64,000 bases of DNA from NCBI RefSeq assembly GCF_963921235.1, contig NC_086097.1, forward strand, positions 52,516,001 to 52,580,000, read 5' to 3'. Positions 39,654 through 51,643 of the stretch are shown here, piece by piece. Source of the DNA: Mobula hypostoma (Eukaryota). The notes beneath the pieces are model-generated. The model saw only the letters and a program-made list of their open reading frames with translations, was not told the DNA's origin and did not search any database. Made by a program: the position numbers and the translations under genes. How positions within the stretch are numbered: the stretch's first letter is position 1; the number at the start of each line of letters is the position of its first letter.

Positions 39654-39789
39654 CTAGTCCTGACGAAGGGTCTCGGCCTGAAACGTCGACTGTACCTCTT
39701 CCTAGAGATGCTGCCTGGCCTGCTGCGTTCACCAGCAACTTTGATATGTGTTGCTTGAATTTCCAGCATCCGCAGAATTCCTGTTGTTT
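39654..39789 (+). mobile_element. 136-bp Penelope terminus insertion carrying an intact hammerhead motif
   Basis: 10-bp TSD GTCTCTGATA at 39644-39653 and 39790-39799. Confidence 0.85.
39656..39691 (+). ncRNA. Minimal type I hammerhead ribozyme motif
   Basis: AGUC-CUGACGA-A-GGGUCUCGGCCU-GAAA-CGUC-GACU. Confidence 0.7.
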
Positions 39790-40197
39790 GTCTCTGATAA
39801 TAATACCCTGTTTCATTCATATATTTTTAATTTCTTTGTGAGACAATATATTATTAACCATTTGCTTATTTTGCCATATTATTCAATGTCAAATTGAGCA
39901 ACAGTGAGTTCAATTAAAATTGTTCAATGAGTGCTGAGGAAAAAAGTATCACATGGTACTGAAGACACAAGTATCACAAGAGCGTTCAACTTTAACAATC
40001 GGCTATCAATTAACAGACGTTTTGCTAAACTGCCAAACAATGCCACATTTCACAACAAATTATGCTCCTGCCGAGTTACTAATTCACAGAACTTGACTTA
40101 ATTCAGCCAAATCTAGAAGTGAAACACAAACACGTCAAAGAAAAAAACAGAATCATTGTATCTGATAGGAATTTGTGATTTAACATCACCCATCACC

Positions 40198-40759
40198 CAG
40201 CCGTCTCTATTTCCTGAGGAGACTGAGGTCCGTTAACATCTGCCGGATGATGCTGAGGATGTTCAATGAGTCTGTGGTGGCCAGTGCTATCATGTTTGCT
40301 GTTGTGTGCTGGGGCAGCAGGCTGAGGGTAGCAGACACCAACAGAATCAACAAACTCATTCGAAGGCCAGTGATGTTTTGGGGATGGAACTGGACTCTCT
40401 GACAGTGGTGTCTGAAAAGAGGTTGCTGTCTAAGTTGCATGCCATCTTGGACAATGTCTCGCATCCACTACATAATGTACTGGGTGGGCACAGGAGTACA
40501 TTCAGCCAGAGACTCATCCCACCGAGATGCAGCACTGAGCGTCATAGGAAGTCATTCCCGCCTGTGGCCATCAAACTTTACAACTCCTCCATTGGAGGGT
40601 CAGACATCCTGAGCCAATAGGCTGGTCCTGGACTTATTTCATAATTTACATATTACTATTTAACTATTTATTGTTCTATTACTATTTATTATTTATGGAG
40701 CAACTGTAACAAAAATCAATTTCCCCCGGGAATAATAAAGTATGACTGACTATGACTAT
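40198..40759 (+). mobile_element. Rex1/Babar-like LINE 3' fragment
   Basis: LYFLRRLRS...SVVASAIMFAVVCWG, then frameshifted ...HPLHN...RHRKSFPPVAIKLYN; (TATGAC)n tail. Confidence 0.75.
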
Positions 40760-43140
40760 CAAATCTGACAATGTAGTGAAGGTAAGAAGTAAAAAAAATC
40801 TCGTGAGGAATGTGAGAGGAAATTATGTAAGCACGTCAATTCCAGCAAAAGTATGCAAGAGTGCATCGAATATATGAGTGTATTCCTGAAATACTATGTG
40901 GGGAAATGGCAGTCTTATTGACTGGTATTAAAAAGGGACACCTTCAAGTCAGCAATCAAGTATGATCAAAATGAAATACTTTTCTTTGAAATAATCAGAA
41001 TCAGGTTTAACATCACTGGCACATGTCGTAAAATGTGCGGTTTCGCGACAGTAAACTGTGATTCAAGAATACTCTAAATTACAATGATATATATACTTAA
41101 TTATGCAGTGCGAATAGACAACAAAGATAGTGAGGAATGTTCTCAAAGGTGGTTTATTGTCCACTCAGAACTCTGATGGCGGAGTGGAAGAAGCTTTTTC
41201 TAAAACGCGCAGTTTTAATGTGTGTTTTAGACTCCTGTACCTCCTCCCTGATGGCAGCAATGAGAAGAGGGCAATGGCGGTTCTTAATTATGGATGCCGC
41301 CTATTTGAGGCATCGCCTTTTGAAGATATCCCGATGCTGGGGGTGATAATGTATATGAAAGAAGTGCAAGGCCCGCAGAGTTCCTCTTGCATTTTGTGTG
41401 CGTTGCTTGGATTTCCGTCATCTGTAGTTTTCCTCGTCTTTACGACAGACCATTTACCGGACACAGCTCTGGAGTTAGCATAATGTAAAAATCTGGATCG
41501 TTTGTTCTCCAAAAGGATGATGTGTGCTGGTATAGGTTGTGTGAACCGCGTCATCGATACGTGAAATGTTTCTTGGTGATCCGTAATATACCTGACATGA
41601 AACGCACTTAGAAATACGAACTCGCGATATGATTATGCTTACTTTCATTACCTAAAGCAAATTAAGTCGTGGTTGAACCATTTGTCAGATGGGAACAATT
41701 ACCAGATTCTCTGTGAGATACTGTGTTTCCGTTTACATTTTTAAAAAGCTGACAATTGAGCAAGGTCGTGAGTAAAACATCTTCTAAATAGGTAAGATTA
41801 GTCAACAGCTGGCTATTCCTCGACATGTAGAAAAACACCCAAAGCAGCACTGATGGCGATGATTGAAGGAGGCCATTCCGTCCATCGTTCCTGTGCGAGC
41901 TCTTTGAAAGTGCTAATTAAACTCAGCTCCGTCCCCAAAGCCCTGCGGGGAGAAACATCACGATTAAGTAGAGCGTGGAAAGATTTAAGGGATGCCCCTC
42001 TTTCGAATTGAGAACGGCGATCGGTGTCGGCATTTTGCTTTGAAATTGCTGCAATTTAGTTTTAAATACTGCCTCGCCCCAGGATGCACTGTAGACGAAC
42101 AGCCTTTTTAGAAGTAAGCGAATATTACAAAGCGCCCTGCGGTGAGCGCTTTTAGTTTTGAGCTTGTCACTAACAGATAAAAATTAGGAACCTTCCCACC
42201 ACCGTGCATATTTTCTTTGCCAATTAGAGTATCCTAATTTGAATACGATCTTCAAAAAGATTTCGCCTTTGCATAGCCAGGGGATTAAAAATAATTGCGG
42301 CAAAGTCTAAATTAACTCTACTAATGGAAGAAATCTAAATTAACAAATGTATTTCAACTTCCTTTTGTAAATGGGAGGAGCAAGTGGGTTCAATAAACCA
42401 CAGCCCTAAGATTGTTTCATAGTATTGCTGCATTTCGTGTGGAGTTACATTTTCCTTTTGGTTATCTAACGCAATATATGTCAGATGAATTGCATCACAC
42501 ATGAACACGGTAGGAAAGAATTTTAGAACGCCTTTGAGATGGCTTTATTAGAACAGCTTGTAGTCGAGCTCACCAGACATAAAGGAACTACAGAAGATGG
42601 GAGGGGAGCTGGCCAAAATTGATTGGAAGGGGACACTAGCAGGGATGACGACAGAGTGCAATGGCTAGAGTTTTTGGGAGCAATTTGGAAGAGCAGTATA
42701 GATTCAGCCCAAAAAAGTGCTCTAAAGTTTTGTGGCGACCAATCAACAAGGAGGCAGTGCATAAAATGAGCTACCTGTTCAAATGGGCCCACAAAAAATA
42801 TTTAAAAGTCAGAGATTCTCTAAGTTTTGCAGCAACCAATCAGCCATGAGGGATTCATTAGAAAGAGAGAATACAAATAACACAACTGCAAGTGGAGCGG
42901 CTATTCCTTTGAATGTGTCAATCTTTAGAGTAGCCTTAGCTCATCAGGCTTAGGGGAGATCAGGCTTGGGGAGGTAAAATATCTACTGACTTTCTCTTTT
43001 TGTTCTTATTGATTCCTCAATCATTAGGGCATAGTAGTGTAGTGACAATGGTTCCAGGGTGCCGTGTTCTGTACTGTGTGTGGGGTCTGAGAAGTCTGGG
43101 AGACCTCCAGTCTCCCAGATAAACACATCTGCACCAGGTG

Positions 43141-43200
43141 CACCTCCTGAGGGAATGTATGAAGGAGCTGCACCTCCTGAGGGAATGTATGAAGGAACTG
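43141..43200. repeat. 30-bp tandem duplication inside CR1 ORF1
   Basis: cacctcctgagggaatgtatgaagga(g/a)ctg twice. Confidence 0.9.
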
Positions 43201-44543
43201 GAGGTGCAGCTTGATGACCTTCAACCCATATAGGAGAAGGAGGAGGTGATAGATAGGAGCTACAGGGAGGTAGTCACCCCAAGGTTGCAGGAGACAGGCA
43301 ACTGGGTGACTTTCAGGAGAAGGAAGGTGCAGTGTACACCTGTGGCCATTCCCTCAAGAAGAAAGTATACTACTTAGGAAACTGTTGAGGGGGAAAACAA
43401 CCTACCAGCAGGGAGCCACAGTGACCAGGTCTCTGGCACTGAGTCTGGTGCTTTGGCTCAGAAGAGCAGAGAGGTGAAGAGGACTGCAGTTTTGATCGGA
43501 CATTCCATTGTCAGCTGAACTGAGACGAAATTCTGTGGGTGTGGTAGAGACACCCAGATGACATGTTGCCTCCCTGCTGCCAGGGAAGGGTTGGCTCAGA
43601 TTGTGTCCAAGGCATTCTAAAGGGTAAGGGTGAGCAGTCAGATATCTTGGTGCATATTGGCACCAATGACAAAGGTAGACATGGTGAGGAAGTAAGTAGG
43701 GAGCTTGGTAGAGAGCTGGAAAACAGGATATCCAGGGTAATAATCTCTGGACTGCTGCCTGTGCCATGAGCCAGTGAGGGTAAGAATAGGGTGACTTGTC
43801 AGGTGAATGCATGGCTGAGGAATTGGATCTTTTTAAGGATCTTTTGGATCTCTTCTGGGGAAGGTATGACCTGTACACCTAAACTCCAAGGGTCCAATAT
43901 CCTTATGGGCAGGTTTGCTAGAGTTGTTTGGAAGGGTTTAACCTTATTCAGCAGGGGAATGGGAACTGAAATAATAGTCCCGAGGCAATCTTTAGTGAGA
44001 CTCCCAGCAAGGAGAGGCTGATGATAGGGCAAAATTGCAGTCAATCAGATAAGTTGCAATGTAAATGTGGACAAAATCAAAAAGGATGAATGCAGGACTG
44101 AAGGTGTTATATTTGAATGTGTGCAGTGTATGGAATAAGGTAGATGAACTTGTAGCACAGTTACAGATTATAGGCATCAATGAATCATGGCTGAATGAAG
44201 ATTATAGGTAGGAGCTTAACGTCCAAGGATATACAGATATACGTTATATCAAAAGGACAGGCAATTTGGCAGAAGGGCCGCATGGTTCTGTTGGTAAAAA
44301 ATAAAATAAAATCATGAGAAAGAGGTGACATAAGGTCAGAAGATGTTGAATTGTTGAGGGTAGAGCCAAGGAAATGCAAGGTTAAAAAGACCCTGATGGG
44401 AGTTAGATACAGATGCCCAAACAGTAGTAAGGATGTGGTCTACAAATTACAATGGGAGATCGAAAATGCTTGCCAAAAGGGTAATGTTTAAAAAAAGTCA
44501 TGAAGGATTTCAATATGCAGGTAGATTGGGAAAATCAGGTTGG

Positions 44544-45467
44544 TGTCATAAGGAGGTGGCTGGGAACGGACCCAAGTGCAAGACACAGACACTGAAGTAC
44601 TAGGGACAGGACTAGGATACAGGGTGAGGGCTAGGACAGGGACACAAAAACCGGGAACCCGGAACAGGACAGGACAAGAGAGCTAGGAGCCCGGGCTTGG
44701 TGTCCGAGCCAGAGACTGGACAAGGACCCAGAACCTGGGTCTTGCCTCTGGCTCGGCCCCTAGAACTAGGCAAGGACGTGACTTGGCTGGCAGGCAGGAC
44801 GAGGCTTGGGGCAAGGCTTGGTGTCTTGAAGCTCCTCCTGGGCAGGGCGCGGATCTCCACCCGATGGAGGCAAGGGACAGGAAGGGACAGAACCCACCAC
44901 AGGGTAACGGCAATCTGGCCTGACTTACCCAACGGAGGCAAGGGACAGGAAGGGACAGAACCTTCCGCAGAGTAAGGGTAATCTGGCCTGACTTACCCGA
45001 CGGAGGCAAGGGACAGGAAGGGACAGAACCAACTGCAGGGTAACGGCAATTTGGCCTGTCTTAACCGGCGGAGGCAAGGGACAGGAAGGGACCTAGATAC
45101 GGGGTGGCTCCAAGACAAGACTTCAGGCGAGGCGAGGGTTATCGGCCAGACAAAACAAGGCTTCAGGCAATGCAAGGCGAGACAAGAACTTTGGGTGGGA
45201 CGAGGCAAGAGTTACCCGCAAGTCAAGACAAGGCTTCAGGCAAGGAAACAGAAGACAGGGGAAGGGATACAAGGAGTAAGGACAAGAACAATCCAGCAGC
45301 CACTCCCTGGTCTCTGGAGGTATTTATGCAGCCAGCCCCAACGAGAATCAGCTGCCTCAATTAGTGCTCAACAGGAACAGAAACAGGGTAGACAGGAAAA
45401 CCCGGAGTAAGGGTCGATGGACCGGACCGTGAACTGGAATGCGGACTTCACGGACCGGACCATGACA
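44544..45467 (-). mobile_element. Solo LTR (Gypsy-like) with about 3.4 copies of a 68-bp repeat
   Basis: TGTCAT...ATGACA ends; 5-bp TSD GTTGG; CATAAATA on minus at 45321-45328; strand inferred. Confidence 0.82.
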
Positions 45468-46039
45468 GTTGGTGCTGAATCCCAAGAGAGGGAAATTCTA
45501 GAATGTCAATGAGATGACTTTTTAGATTAGCTCATGGCTGGGCCCACTAGGGGACCAGCTACTCTGGAATGGGTGATGTGCAATGAACCAGAATTAATTA
45601 GCGAGCTCAAGGTAAAAGAACCCTTAGGGGAAAATGATCATTGTATAATCAAATTCACTCCGAAATTTGAGAGGGAGAAGTTAAAGTCCGATGTATCAGC
45701 AGAATGGGCAAATAAGTATCAGAGCATGACTGCACAAGTATGTGGATGTCAGCCAGTGAGAAGAGTTTAAAAGGAAAAGGTTACTTCTTCAGTGGTTTGA
45801 TCAGGGCATGACTGCGTAAGTGCTTGTACATCAGCCAGTGAGAACAGTGAGAAGAGTTTAAAGGGAGACAGCTCTATAGAGCGGGCAACAGAATAGAGGG
45901 AGACTTAATGGTAAGACTCTTGGCTGTGTGGAGGATCAAAGGGATCTTGGGGTCCGAGTCCATAGGACACTCAAAGCAGCTGCGCAGGTTGACTCTGTAC
46001 TTGAGAGAACATACAGTGCATTGGCCTTCAACAATTGTG

Positions 46040-47444
46040 TGTCATCGGCGGGGGGGCACTGGTAGCGGATCCAAATGCAAGACAGACTCTGAAGTACAAG
46101 GATCTGGGCGGGACTAGAGTTAGGGACAGGAATGGACACAGACTAGAAGTTGGGACAGGAACACAGACTTGGGCTAGGACTTTGCCTAGGAAAGCGGGAC
46201 AAGGACAAGGAAATGGGAACTAGGAGCCTGGGCTTGGACTCCGAGCCAGAGACTGGACAAGGACCCAGAACCTGGGTCTTGACTCAGGCTCGGACCCCAG
46301 AACTAGGTGAGGCTTGGGTTCTTCGAGGCTCTTGGACGTAGCCAGGCTCGGCTCTTGGACTCGACTCGGTTAGGCCCTTGGGTACAGAGCCAGGACTCTT
46401 TCTTAGAGCGCAGGGCCAGGACCCTTCCTAGGACGTAGGGCTGGGTTGCTTTCGCAGGGCCGGGCCCCTTCCTAGGATGCTGGGCCGGGATGCTTAGTAG
46501 GATGCAGGGCCAGTGTGACTGCCAAGGTAAACTGCCGAGGAAACTGTCAGGGATTCATATGGGGAGGGGAAGAGAATAGTCCAGCCTTAGGGTAACGGCA
46601 AGGACAGCCTGACTTACCCAACGGAGGCAAGGACAGGAAAGTACAGATCCCACCGTAGGGTAACAGCAAAGACAGCCTGACTTACCCAATGGAGGCGAGG
46701 ACGGGAAGAGAACAGTCCAGCCTCAGGGTAATGGCAAAGTTGGCCTGACTTACCCAACGGAGGCAAGGACAGGAAAGTACAGATCCCACCGTAGGGTAAC
46801 AGCAAAGACAGCCTGACTTACCCAATGGAGGCGAGGATGGGAAGAGAACAGTCCAGCCTCAGGGTAATGGCAAAGACAGCCTGACTTACCCCATGGAGGC
46901 AAGGACAGGAAAAGACAGATCCCACCGTAGGGTAACAGCAAAGACAGCCTGACTTACCCAATGGAGGTGAGGAGGGGAAGGGACAGATCCAACTGCAGGG
47001 TAACAGCAAGGACAGCCTGACTTACCCCACAGAGGCTAGGGAGCTCAATCCAGGGTGGCTCCAAGTCTCAGGGCAGCCAGCAACCTTTGCTGGCTAGGGA
47101 AACAGCCAAAACCATATCTAGCTTGGAGTGGCAGACAGCCACTCAGCTGGCCCCAGGAATGGCCAAATCCATACCACGATGACTGCTCTAACTAGAGATA
47201 ACAAGGCTCCATGAAGCAGTGGTCCTCCAACCAAGCCTAGAGATCACAAATGGCTGCTCTAGCCTTCCACTGGCAGGTTACTCCAAGGGGACACTGACGA
47301 GACAAACCAGCACCCACGCTTGAACCCAGGGCCACTTATATTCCCAGCCTCAAGACGAGAATCAGGTACCTATGATTAAGCCCAACTGAAACAAGGGACA
47401 GCCAGAAGTCCTGGAGTCCAGAGTCTATGGACCGGACCATGACA
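46040..47444 (-). mobile_element. Related solo LTR with an expanded 68-bp array
   Basis: TGTCAT...ATGACA ends; TSD TTGTG/TCGTG (one mismatch at a CpG); shared segments with 44544-45467. Confidence 0.82.
46560..47035. repeat. 68-bp tandem array with alternating A/B units (136-bp higher-order period)
   Basis: gacttaccc recurs at 46611, 46679, 46747, 46815, 46883, 46951, 47019. Confidence 0.92.
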
Positions 47445-49911
47445 TCGTGAGATTGAGTTTAAGAGCGGAGAGGTAATGTTGCTGCTATATAGGTCCCTGG
47501 TCAGACCCCACTTGGAGTATTGTGCTCAGTTCTGGTTGCTGCACTATCAGAAGGATGTGGAAACCATAGAAAGGGTGTAGAGATTTACAAGGATGTTGCC
47601 TGGATTGGGGAGCATGCCTTATGAGAACAGGTTGAGTGAACTTGGCCTTTTTTTCCTTGGAGCGACGGAGGACAAGAGGTGACCTGATAGAGGTGTGTAA
47701 GATGCTGAGAGGCATTGATTGTGTGGATAGTCAATGGCTTTTTCCCAGGGCTGGAATGGCTAGCACGAGAGGGCACAGTTTTAAAGTGCTTGGAAGCAGG
47801 TACAGAGGAGATGTCAAGGGTAAGTTTTCTACACAGAGAGTGGTGAGTACGTGGACTGGGCTGCTGGCGACGGTGGTAGAGGCGGATACTATAGGGTCTG
47901 TTAAGGGACTCCTGGACAGGTGCATGGAGCTCAGAAAAATAGAGGGCTATGGGTAACCCTCGGTAATTTCTAAGGTAAGGACATGTTCGGCACAGCTTTG
48001 TGGGCCGAAGGGCGTGTATTGTGCTGTAGGTTTTCTATGTTTCTATGTGGCAGATGGATCACAGTGTAGGGAGGTTTATGGTCATGCTCTTTGGTGGAAG
48101 GAACGAAAGTGTAGACTGTTTTCTAAATAGGCAGAAAATTCAAAAATCTGAGATGCGAAGGGACTTGGGATTCGTCATGCAGGATTCCCCGAAAGTAGTT
48201 TGCAGGTTGAATTGGTGGTGAGGAAGGCAAATGCAATGAAGGCAGAACTGGAATATAAAAGCAAGGATGTAATGCCGGTGCTTTAGAAGGCATTGGTCAG
48301 ACTGCGCTTGGAGTATTGTGAGCAGTTTTGGGCTTTTTAAGTAAGAAAGGATGTGCTGGCATTGAAGAGGTTCTCGAGAATGATCCCGGGAATGAAAGAT
48401 TTAACGCACGAGGAGCGTAGATGGCTCTGGGCTCTGGGCTCTGGACGTTTAGAAGAATGATGGGGGGATTTCATTGAAACCTATCGAAAATTGAAAGGTC
48501 TGGAGAGAGTGATCGTGGAGAGGATGTTTCCAATAGTGGGGGAGTCCCGGACCAGAGGAAACAGACTCGGAATATAAGGACGTCCCAATAGAACAGAGAT
48601 GGGGAATTTCTTTAACCAGAGGGGGTGAATCTGTGGAATTCATATCCACAGACGGTTCGGGGGGATATATTTAAAGAGGAGGCTGACAGGTTATTGGTTA
48701 TTCAAAGGTTAGAGGGAGAAGGCAGGAGACTGAGTTGAGAGGGATACCAAATCAGCCATAATGGAATGGCGGAGCTGACTCGACGGAAGGAAGGGCCTGA
48801 TTCTTCTCCTTTGTCTTATTGTCTTTATGTGTGGTTTCAGTACGCTTTTTAATCCTGGTTTACACCTGCACAAGTGTAAATTTCCAATGTCAAATCAATG
48901 ACATTCTGGTCCAGTGTGGTAATGTTCTCTTGTAGTCGAAAATAATATAATTATCTTAGTGCATAATACATGCAAGACTAATGTGATTTCGGGAAATGAA
49001 AATGTCACTCACGGTGAAGTGCTACTCAGGCTTTTGAATTATTGTCTTCCCTTAATTATTCTGCTGGCAAATGAGATCGCACACAGCCACACACACAAAA
49101 AAAAATCCATTTACATTGCATTTCTACCGAGATACAATCTTGTGTTGGCTCAGCTCTCTCACTAAAGCTCATCAAGAATTTATCGGGGGGAGAGAGCAAA
49201 AACATGCCTTTGAGGTTTTTATCTTCAGTTCCATTCATGAATCTAAGATGAAAGGACCATGGGAAGGGACATGAAAAGGATCGTTTGTTCAAAGTGAGAT
49301 TGCAATGGGGTTCCCGTATGTACCCGACCATATTCAAAGGGATTGGTGTGTAATTATGGCTTGTTACAACCAGCATATGTGTGCAGATAGACCTCACTAT
49401 TTAGAAAAGATCTCGCAGAAAGTCAAAGGATTCATCAGTGTTTTGTATATAGAAAATATTTCAGGCAAAACGTCAAACTTCCTGTGTTGTTTAGATCAAA
49501 CGGGACATTCTTGGTCGGTTCCGGAATTGTTTTACATTTTACTGCCTTCGATAAGATGATCATGTCTAACATAGAGTTTATAAGATGTAGGAGCAAAATC
49601 GGACGTTATGCTCTTCTCCCTCCTAATTTGATCAAAAATCTAGATTGTACGAATCGATGATCAACGCAGAAGGAACGCGCGATATGATACCTTGACCTGA
49701 AACCTCAGCTCCAAAGCGCTTCCGTGGATACTTAGCTGCTTCCTTAACGCGCTTATTTGTTGTGTAGTTTGCGCTGTTTGTTATAATCGGCCGTGGGACA
49801 CTGATCTGACATAAATCAAATTTCAGCCTTGCAGCTGCTGAATATATATACATATATTCAATTCATGTGGGTCAATAGAAAGAATTTATCCACTTTCCAA
49901 CTCTATTATTA

Positions 49912-50050
49912 ACACAAGAGATTCTGCAGATGCTGGAAATCCAGAGCATCAGATTCCTGTAGAAGGGTCTTGCCCAAAATGTCCCCTGTTTATTCTTCTC
50001 AGTATGTGCTACCTGACCTACTAAGTTCCTCTAGCATTTTGTGTGTTTTC
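49912..50050. mobile_element. Penelope-terminus-derived short element
   Basis: ctgcagatgctggaaatcc...cctgtagaagggtcttgccc...tagcattttgtgtg. Confidence 0.65.
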
Positions 50051-50066
50051 TCAACGTTATCATTTA

Positions 50067-50542
50067 CGAGGGATGATTGATAAGTTCGTGGCTTAAGGTA
50101 GAAGGCGTCAATTTTAGGAAACCTAGCACATTTATTTTTCAACATTGTCCCCTCCTACATTTACACACTTAGTCCAGCGGTCATGGAGCATATGGATCTT
50201 GGACCTCCAGAAAGTGTCCACAGCAGGGGTGATTGATAAGTTCGTGGCCTAAGGTAGAAGGAGATGAGTTATTAACTTCAAACCTTCTGCATAATCACTC
50301 AAAGAGTTGACCTGCATGTGCATGTAACGAGAGCTGTATAACTCATCTCCTTCTACCCTAGGCCACAAACTTATCAATCACTCATCTGTGGATACTTTCT
50401 GGAGGTCCAAGATCCGTATGCTCCATGACCACTGGACTAGGTGTGTAAATGTAGGAGGGGACTATGTTGAAAAATAAATGTGCTAGGTTTTCTGAAATTG
50501 ACGCCTTCTACCTTAAGCCACGAACTTATCAATCACCCCTCG
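50067..50542. mobile_element. Mariner-type MITE with about 200-bp inverted arms and internally duplicated TIR
   Basis: TA-CGAGGG...CCCTCG-TA; TIR repeated internally at about 50226-50262 and 50347-50381. Confidence 0.88.
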
Positions 50543-50808
50543 TACTTCACGCACAGTGTTTTTGATTTACAGATAACTCATTTACGTTCACCTTCTATCC
50601 ACCATACCCTAAAGCCTAGGACATTGTGTCAGGCAGATGCAGTTTGTTCATGGAACTCTCCTGAGCCCAAACAGCCATTCCACAGCCACAGAGGGGCATA
50701 TCATAAGCTGAACTGGCTGGACAAGAGCACTGACACAGTCCTGGATACCATTGTTCAAGAGAGATTTTAACTTTCTACATAATGATTCGGACTCCCATCC
50801 TGTCACAG

Positions 50809-50870
50809 ACATTTAACAAACTCTATCCCATCCTGTCCTTTAACAGGATGGGATAGAGTTTGTTAAATGT
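50809..50870. repeat. Perfect 28-bp inverted repeat with 6-nt loop
   Basis: acatttaacaaactctatcccatcctgt-ccttta-acaggatgggatagagtttgttaaatgt. Confidence 0.95.
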
Positions 50871-51643
50871 GTCTACAAAAGTTTCCTTAATGAATATTTA
50901 GAGGTCCCAGCTGGAGAGAGAGTAAGGTACTGGATCTCTGTTTAGGGAACAAGACAGGGCAGGTGACAGTGGTATGTGTAAGACAACACTTTTGATCTAG
51001 TGGTCGTAATTCCATTAGTTTCAAGGAAATTATGGAGAAGGATAGGACAGTGGGTTAAGGTTTTACATTTGAGAATGGCCATCAGAAAGAATCTAGCAAA
51101 GCAAAACACACAAAGTGCTGGAGGAACTCAGCAGGCCAGGCAGCATCTGTGCATCTGTATTTCCCTCGGAGTTCTATATAGACACATGGTCTATAGAACT
51201 GAGGCAAAACAGCAGTGAGCTCTTGGGCCATATACTGTTTAGAGGAGAGGAGGTGCTTGCTGTCTTGAAGAAAATTAGGGTGGGTAAGTCCTCAGAGCCT
51301 GACAAGGTGTCCCCTCAGACCTTGTGGAAGGCTAGTGTAGAAAATGAAGGGGCTCTGGCAAGATACTTAAAATGTCCTTAAACACAGTTGAGATGCCAGA
51401 GGACGAGAGGATAACTAATGTTGTTCCTATGTTCAAGAAAGGTCCTAAGAATAAACCAGGAAATTATAGGCTGGCGAGGCTGATGTCAGCAGTGGGTAAA
51501 TTATTGGAAGGTATTCTAAAACCAGAAATCAGAAAAGAACAATGCGGCTTTGTGGAAAACACTGGAACCAGAAATGCAATTTTCATGCTACAGATGATCT
51601 GTGAACAAGCCATCCAGGTACAAAAAGACATCTACCTATGTTT

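Larger units (their letters stand above)
43040..45700 (+). mobile_element. Decayed CR1 LINE 5' part (ORF1 Cys motif/esterase-like region and ORF2 endonuclease), interrupted by a solo LTR
   Basis: ILVHIGTND and SRVIISGLLPVP motifs; endonuclease region resumes after 45467 (PTRGPATLEWVMCNEP). Confidence 0.75.
45905..48830 (+). mobile_element. CR1 LINE 3' fragments (two nested or adjacent copies) hosting the second solo LTR
   Basis: LVRPHLEYCAQFW, FSLERRRTRGDLIEV; ttctatgt-repeat tail near 48045 and tcttat tail near 48825. Confidence 0.8.

Noticed and set aside
42131..42150. CTCF-like or palindromic motif agcgccctgcggtgagcgct
   Set aside because: Only a partial match and too short to support without ChIP or conservation data.
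46560..47035. CRISPR-like appearance (palindromic repeat plus variable spacer)
   Set aside because: The spacers are homologous and alternate between two types, there are no cas genes, and the array lies inside a TSD-flanked LTR in a vertebrate genome.
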